A stretch of DNA of 43,361 bases from contig JBFFCW010000002.1 in assembly GCA_041559695.1 (NCBI GenBank), positions 1 to 43,361 of the forward strand. The letters are read 5' to 3'. The notes beneath the pieces were generated by a model. That model saw nothing but the letters and a program-made list of their open reading frames with translations. It was not told the DNA's origin and made no database searches. This stretch comes from Desulfobacterales bacterium. GTDB taxonomy: Bacteria; Desulfobacterota; Desulfobacteria; Desulfobacterales; JAHEIW01. The position numbers and the translations under genes were made by a program. Below, one piece after another: positions 36,040 through 43,361 of the stretch (its first letter is position 1; each line of letters begins with the position of its first letter).

Positions 36040-37392
36040 ATGGACCGGGATGATGTCGTCAAAAAGATCAAAGATGCGATGATCAAAGGTGAAATCCCTC
36101 CCTGGAAGGCCGATGATGAGGCGGCAAAAATGGGTATTGCGGCGCCTGAGAATATCGTTGTGGGGACCATGGCCCGGCGTGCCTTTGTCGAAGAGAAAAG
36201 CGGTCATAAATTGTACCACATTGTCCTCCCTGAAAACCCGTATCATACGGGTTACCGGTGTCCAAAAGATGGCACGCTCTGGACCTTGGCGGCGGATGAT
36301 ACCTACGTGCGGTGCGGCATGTGCGCAACATCGCTGGAAGTGCTGCCCGAAAACGAGCGACACCGGCCACTGGTCAACAACTACATCGGCGGGGTTGAAG
36401 ATTATTATAGCTATGCCGGGGAAGTCACCGTTAGCGGGGAAGTCAAAAAAACCTTTCAAAACATTCTCTGCTGGGGCCCGGGTGTCGGGCACCTGGGTAT
36501 CAGTGTGGGATGCTTTCGGCTCAACCAATACGGCCCCATCGAGGTGAAAGTGTCCGATTGGGGGGGTGCCGCCAGAAATTTAGCGTTTGTGTTTGATACC
36601 GAGGGCCAGCGCGAAAAAGCCCGGTCGCTGATCAAAGAAAATCTTTCCGATGTCATCGCACAGATGACGCGCTCGCATCTTGCCGAATGGAGCGGAGAGG
36701 TATTTGATGTTGATTTTTTGTACAAACAACATCATGCCGATCGCATTTTACATTGTTGTTTTTACACCCGGTTTTCCGATCACCGCGGCCATGGCCAAAC
36801 GTCTCATGCGGTGGGTCTGGCGAAAAATCTGATCGATGATTTACTCGCTCAGAAAAATATCAAATGTCGCTTGTCTGTCGTCGGTATGGGCAGAGACGGT
36901 GATCTCAAACCGTCTCCGCGAAATAGGCGTGGACGCTACGTATCCGCGCAACAGGTTATTCCGGTTGAAGATTTCGAAAAACTGATCGAGCGTCCGATCG
37001 ATGATTTTCTTTCCTACATCGAGCTTGACCGACAAGGCGTCTTGGAAGAAATTGGCTGGCCGGCTTACACCGGTATGGGAGGGGAAATTATCCCCGCCTT
37101 TTATCGAACGATGAAAAACAACCCCAGACCGTATCTGGTTTCATGTTATCAAAAGGTATATGCGTATAGCCGTGGAACGGATTTGATCTTTGGTGTCGAG
37201 TTGCCCAATGTTGAGGTGGGTATTACCTCGAGTCCGGAAGGCATTATATCGCCCATGGCCAGAGAGGCCCTAAAAATGGCCGGCATTCACAGTGCCAGAG
37301 AATTTGCAGCTGCTGCAGCGGCGATAACCCTTGGGGGTGAATTTAATTTTGCGGTCCGCCATGTTCAGGAAAAGATGTACACCGGAAGATAA
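36040..37392 (+). CDS. Hypothetical protein, distant HMG-CoA-reductase-like fold with degenerate motifs and a zinc-ribbon-like N-terminal segment
   Basis: ATG 36040 is preceded by GAAGGAGGA (36027-36035). By eye: NNYIGGVEDYYSYAGEV vs ENVIG..ELPY.VA; FGVELPNVEVGITSSPEG...AAAAAAITLGGEFNFAV vs G.LE.P.PVG.VGG...A.AVGLAQN..A.RAL. The track start 35944 is probably too far upstream. Confidence 0.55.
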   Translation: MDRDDVVKKIKDAMIKGEIPPWKADDEAAKMGIAAPENIVVGTMARRAFVEEKSGHKLYHIVLPENPYHTGYRCPKDGTLWTLAADDTYVRCGMCATSLEVLPENERHRPLVNNYIGGVEDYYSYAGEVTVSGEVKKTFQNILCWGPGVGHLGISVGCFRLNQYGPIEVKVSDWGGAARNLAFVFDTEGQREKARSLIKENLSDVIAQMTRSHLAEWSGEVFDVDFLYKQHHADRILHCCFYTRFSDHRGHGQTSHAVGLAKNLIDDLLAQKNIKCRLSVVGMGRDGDLKPSPRNRRGRYVSAQQVIPVEDFEKLIERPIDDFLSYIELDRQGVLEEIGWPAYTGMGGEIIPAFYRTMKNNPRPYLVSCYQKVYAYSRGTDLIFGVELPNVEVGITSSPEGIISPMAREALKMAGIHSAREFAAAAAAITLGGEFNFAVRHVQEKMYTGR

Positions 37393-37674
37393 ATGGATTT
37401 ATTCTCCCAAAAGATTTCTTCTGGACGCCGGCGGATTGGGCCTGAATCGGCGGCCTGATTGATGTGCGCTTTCCCAGCTGGCAGCATGGTATTCCCGTTC
37501 TGGTGCAGCGCGCTAAAAAAAAATGACCGGAAAGAAGCCTTCCGCCTGATTGCCAAATATAACATTCGCAATGCGTTTATGCCTCCGGCCGCTGTGAAAC
37601 TGATGCGCCAGGTTAAAGATCCCCGCCGCCACTTTCAGCGGCGATGGCGCAGCACGCGGCTTTGCGCGATGTAA
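37393..37674 (+). pseudogene. Remnant of an AMP-dependent acyl-CoA synthetase/ligase (internal fragment, stop plus frameshift)
   Basis: Reads PKDFFWTPADWA[TGA]IGGLIDVRFPSWQHGIPVLVQRAKK, then after a frameshift in A9 (37515-37523) DRKEAFRLIAKYNIRNAFMPPAAVKLMRQV. This matches the central region of AMP-binding ligases. No N- or C-terminal parts are present. Confidence 0.65.
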
Positions 37675-37722
37675 ATTTATAAAATCAATCTACATTTCCT
37701 CTTTAATCGGGTTCAAGTTAAA

Positions 37723-38025
37723 ATGTCGGAAACAACACAACTTATACTCGGTATCGCTGCCCTCATTCTGGTTGTTACCATGACGCGAAAGTATCATGCC
37801 TGGCGGTTTAAACGCGCCTTTATCGTCATCATCGATGATCTTAAACAAAAAGGGGCGTACAGTGCCCATTCGGCTGTGGAGCTTCCCTATACCCAAAGAA
37901 ATCCGTTAAGGATGGGCCTGCGACAGCACCTTCCCCAGGCCCTTGACCATCTCATTGTGGAAAATATCGTCGCTAAAACTGAAGACGGCCGCTTTTACCT
38001 CATTCAGAAAAATGTCGGCTTATAA
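37723..38025 (+). CDS. Hypothetical small membrane-anchored protein
   Basis: 100-aa ORF with one N-terminal TM helix (LILGIAALILVVTM). It ends inside a strong terminator hairpin. Confidence 0.5.
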   Translation: MSETTQLILGIAALILVVTMTRKYHAWRFKRAFIVIIDDLKQKGAYSAHSAVELPYTQRNPLRMGLRQHLPQALDHLIVENIVAKTEDGRFYLIQKNVGL

Positions 38026-38036
38026 GCCGACATTTT
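38009..38036 (+). terminator. Palindromic terminator hairpin (potentially bidirectional)
   Basis: aaaatgtcggctta / taagccgacatttt is a perfect 14+14 inverted repeat spanning the TAA stop, followed by T-rich sequence. Confidence 0.55.
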
Positions 38037-38175
38037 GTTATTCCTTGTTTGTTATTTGTAAAAAACCCAGGATCAATTTTTTTATCCTTTTTAACTCCTG
38101 CGCTTGATTGGAGGTTAATTTCTTATTTAAAAAAGATGAAAATACCCGCAGATAACCGAACAACCAATAAACAAT

Positions 38176-38199
38176 AACGAAAACGGGCCGATGGGCCCG
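38176..38199 (-). terminator. Rho-independent terminator after the transhydrogenase gene
   Basis: The minus strand reads cgggcc-catc-ggcccg 5 nt after the stop, followed by UUUUCGUUAUU. Confidence 0.5.
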
Positions 38200-38204
38200 A
38201 TGTC

Positions 38205-39482
38205 CTACCAAAGTGTGAGTGAGTCCAGAAACAACTGTTTCAAATCCTCAGCGCTCACCGGCCGGGGCGACAGTTTGGTCACCCGGTGCTGGGGCAACGT
38301 TCCCTCCACCAGTTTGTCGACATCATCCGGACCATAACCCACGGCGCTGAGCCCGTTGGGCATTCCAACCTTGCGCATGATCTCCACAATGGCGTCGGCC
38401 AGGATTTCACCGGCGTCTTCAGGTGAGGCTCCGGAAACATCCTTGCCCATCAGTCTGGCGGCGTGCAGATGCTGTGCGGGGTTCGCCGAAGCCGTGAATC
38501 GAAAAACCGCCGGCGCGTTCAGGACAACCGCCATTCCGTGAGGAACCAGCGGGTGACCCGGCGGATACCCTTCGGGCACATAATCGCGAACCATTCCCGA
38601 AACCGAATATGACATGCCGTGTGCCAGATGAACCCCGCCATTGCCGAAGCCGATGCCGGCATAGGTGGCTGCCAGCAGCACCTCTCCGCGGGCTTCGTCA
38701 TCGGAAGGATCTTCAATGACCCGGATCAGGTACTGGGAAATCATCTCAATTGCCCGGGAGGCCCAGATGTTGGAGATGGGATTTGAACCCTGATATGCCG
38801 GGCGCATTCTGGGATGATCGGGGGCCTGACGCTGGTTGTATGGCAAAGCGGTCATGGATTCCAGAGCGTGGGTCAGTTGATCCAAGCCGGTGCAAGCGGC
38901 AATCATTTTGGGAAGCGTCCGGGTATTATTGGGATCGACAATGCCTTTTATCGGCCGCAGGGCACGATGCGCAATTCCGGTTTTGGCGTTCATTTCCAGA
39001 AAATCAAAAACGGTCACTCCGGTCGTTTCACTGCCCGTACCGGCCGTTGTCGGAACCGCCACCAGCGGTTTTAAGGGCCCGGGGACCGGTTCGCCTTTGC
39101 CGATGGGCGGATTGACGTAGGTCATAAAATCTGCCGGGTAGGTCGCATACAGGTTGGCGGCTTTGGCGGTGTCCATGCTGGACCCCCCACCGACCGCGAC
39201 AAAGCCGTCGAAATTGCCGTCCGCGGCGAACTGAATGGCCTCTTGAAATGAAATGTCCGTGGGTTCAACACTGGCCTGATCAAATAAAACCGCATCAATG
39301 CCATGTTGGCGCAAAGCTTCAAGCGTCACTGCGACCGGTTCTTTGTCTGCCAAATGGGGATCGGTAACGACCATCACCCGTCTGGCACCTTGTTCTTCCA
39401 TGTCCCATCCGACCTCGCGCGTAGCGCCGGGTCCGTACTTGATACTGGATGTATCCATCGAAAATACTGTTTCTATTGGCAT
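38205..39482 (-). CDS. Iron-containing alcohol dehydrogenase family: hydroxyacid-oxoacid transhydrogenase (ADHFE1/HOT-like)
   Basis: Long colinear resemblance to animal HOT as I recall it (VAVGGGS.MDT.KAANLY, PIGKG.PV..PLKPL.AVPTT.GTGSETTGV, RPAYQGSNPIS.IWA, GIGFGN.GVHL.HGMSY, HPLVPHG, TLPQ.RVTKL.PRP). Confidence 0.85.
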   Translation of the reverse strand: MPIETVFSMDTSSIKYGPGATREVGWDMEEQGARRVMVVTDPHLADKEPVAVTLEALRQHGIDAVLFDQASVEPTDISFQEAIQFAADGNFDGFVAVGGGSSMDTAKAANLYATYPADFMTYVNPPIGKGEPVPGPLKPLVAVPTTAGTGSETTGVTVFDFLEMNAKTGIAHRALRPIKGIVDPNNTRTLPKMIAACTGLDQLTHALESMTALPYNQRQAPDHPRMRPAYQGSNPISNIWASRAIEMISQYLIRVIEDPSDDEARGEVLLAATYAGIGFGNGGVHLAHGMSYSVSGMVRDYVPEGYPPGHPLVPHGMAVVLNAPAVFRFTASANPAQHLHAARLMGKDVSGASPEDAGEILADAIVEIMRKVGMPNGLSAVGYGPDDVDKLVEGTLPQHRVTKLSPRPVSAEDLKQLFLDSLTLW

Positions 39483-39827
39483 GATTCTAAACTCTCAATT
39501 TTTTAAATTCTTGGGTTATATCGTGGTTGTCAAAAAAACGTTGCGGTATACGGGTGTTTTTTTTATACAACCACTTATGCCGCACCTCCGTATTTCGGAA
39601 CATTATTATGGAAAGCGGTATGAATTTGTTTCAAGCCAGGCGCAGTGGCTGCGTATTTTTTGTAATCAATTTTCGGATTGTGGTGATTCTGTCAATTGTC
39701 CTTTCGCCTGGTAACCTTCGTGAGCCGCTTCCACAATGGCTTTTAAGTTTTCCATCGGGGAAGGCAAGGGGATCGCGCATTCAGGGCCGACGAGGTTCTG
39801 GTAGTCATAAAGGGCGCTTTATCATCA

Positions 39828-40712
39828 TTAAGTGTCCTTCATTACACCTGATTGCTCTCGAATCGTGCGACCGATGGCAGATACGTCGTCGTCGCCGTAA
39901 CCTCTGGCAATGAGGCCATTTTCGATTTGTTCTACCAGGGCGGTGGCCGGAAGTGTCACTTCCAATTCCCGCGCCGTTTCCAGCGCAATTCCAAGATCCT
40001 TGTGGTGCAACTTGACCCTGAATCCAAGTGGGTAGTTGTTGTTGACCACATTGATTCCCCTGTTGTGCAAAACCCACGAGCTGGCCGCTCCGCCGCTGAT
40101 CGCCTGGATTACTTTTTCCATATCCAGGCCGGCTTTCATGCCCAGGGTTAAACCTTCGGCCACGGTAAGATAGGTGCCGGAAATGATAATTTGATTGATC
40201 GCTTTGGTAATCTGTCCGGCCCCGATGGGCCCCACATGCGTGACGGTTTTTCCCATGATCTCCAATATGGGCAATGCCTTTGCGAAATCGGCTTCATCCC
40301 CGCCGACCATAATGGCCAGGGTTCCATTCTGGGCCCCTTCCGGCCCTCCGGAAACCGGTGCGTCCAGCATTTTTATGCCTTTTTTGCTCAGTTCTTCGGC
40401 CATTTGACGGGTGGCTGCCGGGCTGATGGTGGACATGTCGATGACAATCGCACCTTGCGGAGCGCCCTGGATGACCCCGTTTGCACCCAGAACCACCTCC
40501 TCAACATCCGGTGTATCACTTACCATGGTGACAATAATCTCGGCGCCTTCAGCGGCGTCTTTGGGTGATTCCGCCCGATTGGCGCCTTCTTTGGCGACGG
40601 CTTCTTCCTTTTGCCGGGTGCGGTTATGAACGGTGACTTCGTGACCGGCGTTGAGAATATTCAAAGACATACCCACACCCATTGTTCCCAGACCGATAAA
40701 TGCAACTTTCAT
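39828..40712 (-). CDS. NAD(P)-dependent beta-hydroxyacid dehydrogenase (3-hydroxyisobutyrate / tartronate- or succinate-semialdehyde reductase family)
   Basis: MKVAFIGLGTMG Rossmann motif, DAPVSGG and the GAGQ..K catalytic-Lys region. Confidence 0.85.
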   Translation of the reverse strand: MKVAFIGLGTMGVGMSLNILNAGHEVTVHNRTRQKEEAVAKEGANRAESPKDAAEGAEIIVTMVSDTPDVEEVVLGANGVIQGAPQGAIVIDMSTISPAATRQMAEELSKKGIKMLDAPVSGGPEGAQNGTLAIMVGGDEADFAKALPILEIMGKTVTHVGPIGAGQITKAINQIIISGTYLTVAEGLTLGMKAGLDMEKVIQAISGGAASSWVLHNRGINVVNNNYPLGFRVKLHHKDLGIALETARELEVTLPATALVEQIENGLIARGYGDDDVSAIGRTIREQSGVMKDT

Positions 40713-41086
40713 TTGTCAACTCCTTTTTTATGCTGAAATTTTAAAGTGGTTGAAGATATTAAAAATTAATTTAAGCTAATTCGCCATGTTTGCTTTTGAA
40801 AAAAAGACCCAAATTTCAGAATTTGAATTCATTGATAAACTCACCTCAATTTCTTTTGTATATTAGGTCTCAAAAGGGGGATCAACCATAAATGTCGAAT
40901 TGCATCCATTATTTACAACCGATAAAGATATTGCTATGCTTTCAATGCTCGAGGCCGTTTTTTCAAAATGCATTAAGGTGTTTGCTTCTGCTGGCGGCTT
41001 GCAGGTAGGATTAATGGGGTTTGCCGCTAAAGAAGATTTATCTGTTTAATTTTCTATCTTAATACTTAAATTGAAGGATAGACATC

Positions 41087-41395
41087 ATGGAAGATATTCA
41101 TAACATTTTCAGTTAGTTTAAAAGCGAATTTCCCGAAATCCACCAAAAACATGAAGCTTTGGGGAAAGCAGTTCATGAAAAGGGCGGGCCTTTGTCTGAA
41201 AAAGGCCGCTGGTTAATAAAAATCGCGATTTCGGCGGCCTGCAACCATAAACGCGCTCTGGAGACCCATCTTCAAAAAGCCAGGGCCGCGGGTGTTGGCG
41301 AAGATGAAATCAAGCATGCCTTATTGCTGCTGATCCCGACGGCCGGCTTCCCAACATTTATGAAGTCCTATGCGGTGTTAAAAAGCATAAAATAA
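41087..41395 (+). pseudogene. Carboxymuconolactone decarboxylase (AhpD-like) family protein with in-frame TAG at codon 10; intact from TTG 41159
   Basis: ATG 41087 has AAGGA 8 nt upstream. The frame reads MEDIHNIFS[TAG 41114-41116]FKSEFPEIHQKHEALGKAVHEKGGPLSEKGRWLIKIAISAA...; the residues before and after the stop both look like the family N-terminus. Confidence 0.6.
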
Positions 41396-41499
41396 GGCGG
41401 CATTTCTGCCACCTTGTCAGTTGTCCGTTGTTAGTCGTTCGTTGGGCATCGAATTTTTTACAACGAACGACGGACAGCAAACCTCGGACGTATTTTTAG

Positions 41500-42861
41500 G
41501 TGAAACAAGTGAAACCCACTAAAAAACAGGGTATCGGAGATCTGATTTCCAATTTTTTTTCTTTCATCCGGGTTGATATCTGGTGGATTCGGCTGGACGA
41601 TCTGCCGTTCGGCAAATCATTTCTGTTCAGGCAACTACGAACCATTATTCTGGCGATTCGCGGTTATGATGAAGACCGCTGTTTGCTGCGGGCATCTTCT
41701 TTGACGTTTTACACCCTGCTTTCGATCGTTCCGGTCGCTGCCATGTTTTTTGGGGTGGCCAAGGGTTTCGGGTTTGAGAGGCGGCTGGAAAAGCAGCTTT
41801 TCGAGCGATTTCCCGGCCAGGAAGAAGTTTTAAGTCAGGTGATTTCTTTTTCGAATTCACTGCTTGAGCAGACCCGGGGTGGTCTCCTCGCCGGCATCGG
41901 TCTGCTGCTTCTTTTCTGGTCGGTACTCAAGGTCCTCGGGCATATTGAAATGGCTTTAAATGACATCTGGGGAATAAAAGAAAGCCGCAGCTGGGGCAGA
42001 AAATTTAGTGACTATCTGTCGATTATGCTGATCAGCCCCATTCTGGTGCTGATCAGCGGCAGCGCAACGGTTTTTATTACAACCCAGGTCACACAGATTA
42101 CCCAGAAAGTAGAATTGCTGGGTGTCATCAGCCCGTTGATATCTTTTTTGCTGAAGTTCACACCCTATGTTTTGATCTGGGCCCTGTTTACGATTCTCTA
42201 TATTATTATGCCCAATACCAAAGTCAATTTTAAGGCCGGCCTGCTCGGAGGCGTGATTGCCGGAACGCTTTACCAGATTGCTCAATGGGGCTATATCAGC
42301 TTTCAAATCGGTGCCGCAAAATACAACGCCATCTACGGAAGTTTTGCCGCCCTGCCGCTTTTTTTGATGTGGCTTCAGATCAGCTGGTGGATCGTGCTTT
42401 TCGGCGCCGAACTGTCTTTTGCCAATCAAAACGTGGATACCTACGAGTATGAGCCGGACAGTCTTAAGGTCAGTCCTGGCTTCAAGAAATTACTGGCCTT
42501 GCAAATTGCTCATCTGTTGATCAAAAAATTCGAGAATGGCGACAGGCCTCTCTCCGATTCCCAGATCTCAGCGCAGCTTGAGATGCCGATTCGCCTGGTG
42601 CATAATATTTTATCCGATTTGGTCAAAAGCGGCCTGGCGTCGGAAATCAAGACGAAAGCCGATAAAAAATTCGCCTATCAACCCGCCCGCGACATCAACA
42701 AGATGACCATTCAATACGTTCTGGAAGCGCTTGATCAAAGTGGGACCGACGATATACCGGTTGCCAGGACCGAGGATTATCAGGCGCTGTCCGAAGCGTT
42801 ACAGGACTTCAGCGAAGCTATGGAGGAATTGCCGGCAAATAAGCTCCTCAAAGATATCTAA
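41500..42861 (+). CDS. YihY/BrkB-family inner-membrane protein with C-terminal soluble (winged-helix-like) extension
   Basis: RASSLTFYTLLSIVP, YGSFAALPLFLMWLQISWWIVLFGAE and six TM segments. GTG start. Confidence 0.8.
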   Translation: MKQVKPTKKQGIGDLISNFFSFIRVDIWWIRLDDLPFGKSFLFRQLRTIILAIRGYDEDRCLLRASSLTFYTLLSIVPVAAMFFGVAKGFGFERRLEKQLFERFPGQEEVLSQVISFSNSLLEQTRGGLLAGIGLLLLFWSVLKVLGHIEMALNDIWGIKESRSWGRKFSDYLSIMLISPILVLISGSATVFITTQVTQITQKVELLGVISPLISFLLKFTPYVLIWALFTILYIIMPNTKVNFKAGLLGGVIAGTLYQIAQWGYISFQIGAAKYNAIYGSFAALPLFLMWLQISWWIVLFGAELSFANQNVDTYEYEPDSLKVSPGFKKLLALQIAHLLIKKFENGDRPLSDSQISAQLEMPIRLVHNILSDLVKSGLASEIKTKADKKFAYQPARDINKMTIQYVLEALDQSGTDDIPVARTEDYQALSEALQDFSEAMEELPANKLLKDI

Positions 42862-42864
42862 AGG

Positions 42865-43361
42865 CTACTGTGTTAATTCGAGCTGACCGGCAAAGAAACA
42901 GGCAACAAAATGCTTATTTCGAACTTCCCTGAATTCCGGTTCCCTGTTGCTGCAAATATCTTTGGCAAAAAGACAACGCGGGTGAAAGCTGCAGCCCGGC
43001 GGGGGGTCGATGGGGCTGGGGACATCTCCTTTTAGAATGATGCGTGCATTCGCTTTGCGAGATGGATCTGGGACAGGCACGGCCGAGAGCAGCGCCTGGG
43101 TATAAGGGTGAAGCGGTGTCTTGTAAAGAGCTTGGCTGGGTGCAAACTCTACGATTTTACCCAGGTACATGACGGCCACGCGATCACTGACATGTTCGAC
43201 CACACTTAAGTCATGGGATATGAAAAGATAGGTCAGCCCAAATTCATCCTGCAGATCTTTGAGCAGATTAATCACCTGGGCCTGTATAGAGACATCCAGA
43301 GCGGACACGGCCTCGTCGCAGACGATCAGCTTGGGTTGCAGCGCCAGAGCTCTGGCGACGC
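42865..43361 (-). CDS. Oligopeptide/dipeptide ABC-transporter ATP-binding protein (OppF/DppF-type), C-terminal part; gene continues beyond the window
   Basis: The frame is open to the window edge (..[28 protein letters not shown] = signature/Walker B region). H-loop ISHDL. C-terminal oligopeptide-type extension [14 protein letters not shown]...GCSFHPRC. Confidence 0.85.
   Translation of the reverse strand, partial: VARALALQPKLIVCDEAVSALDVSIQAQVINLLKDLQDEFGLTYLFISHDLSVVEHVSDRVAVMYLGKIVEFAPSQALYKTPLHPYTQALLSAVPVPDPSRKANARIILKGDVPSPIDPPPGCSFHPRCLFAKDICSNREPEFREVRNKHFVACFFAGQLELTQ

Noticed and set aside
39666-39818. Stop-to-stop open frame on the minus strand (SALYDYQNLVGPECAIPLPSPMENLKAIVEAAHEGYQAKG...), directly after four consecutive stops (TAA TGA TGA TAA) ending the dehydrogenase gene
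   Set aside because: Its composition looks protein-like, but the only Met has no Shine-Dalgarno sequence and I cannot assign a family. It may be a gene remnant or chance.
40890-41050. Short open frames in the AT-rich region upstream of the CMD gene (e.g. ..ELHPLFTTDKDIAMLSMLEAVFSKCIKVFASAGGLQVGLMGFAAKEDLSV)
   Set aside because: No in-frame ATG with a properly spaced Shine-Dalgarno sequence and no recognisable family. This is too weak to call.
41114-41116. In-frame TAG in the CMD-family gene as a pyrrolysine codon
   Set aside because: No pyl genes or methylamine methyltransferases are in the window. The position is in a poorly conserved N-terminal segment. A nonsense mutation, a base-call error or use of the downstream TTG start is more parsimonious.
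1-43361. Scan for CRISPR arrays, tRNA/rRNA genes, insertion-sequence ends, integrases or phage/defence gene cassettes
   Set aside because: By eye I found no regularly spaced direct repeats, no cloverleaf-like segments in intergenic regions, and no transposase, integrase, nuclease or helicase defence-type ORFs. A covariance-model scan would be needed to exclude small RNAs formally.

Overview
This 43.4-kb window looks like ordinary chromosome. It holds about 40 genes, most of them tightly packed. The gene content (KorAB-type 2-oxoacid:ferredoxin oxidoreductase, 2-hydroxyacyl-CoA-dehydratase-family proteins, small c-type cytochrome, three sigma-54 promoters) suggests an anaerobic Desulfobacterota/deltaproteobacterium-like organism; that is inference only. 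I saw no rRNA, tRNA, CRISPR array, transposase, integrase, phage gene or classical defence system.

Gene content falls into three blocks:
- Stress and proteostasis: three tandem hsp20 genes behind a near-perfect sigma-54 promoter, HtrA, USP proteins, a ClpX paralogue, FtsH and a DksA/TraR-type protein.
- Ion homeostasis, 15-30 kb: DUF47+PiT, MgtE, a CdaA-YbbR fusion (c-di-AMP cyclase), CNNM/DUF21, a CaCA exchanger, CorA, and an SLC13 permease with four RCK_C domains.
- Organic-acid metabolism: a rimK three-gene operon; marR with two dehydratase-family genes; a divergent HMG-CoA-reductase-like protein; a decayed acyl-CoA ligase fragment; and a hydroxyacid-oxoacid transhydrogenase with a beta-hydroxyacid dehydrogenase.

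The most unusual items are:
- A translationally coupled pair: a CBS-fused Glu/Leu/Phe/Val-type dehydrogenase and an orphan MlaF-like ABC ATPase fused to a degenerate GGDEF domain.
- The degenerate HMGR-like protein carrying a zinc-ribbon-like insert.
- A promoter, three-hairpin and terminator RNA unit upstream of the SLC13 gene.
- Divergent sigma-54 promoters flanking a repeat-rich spacer.
- Frame breaks that fall in A-runs, which may be assembly errors.

All domain calls come from by-eye motif recognition. None was confirmed by a database search.
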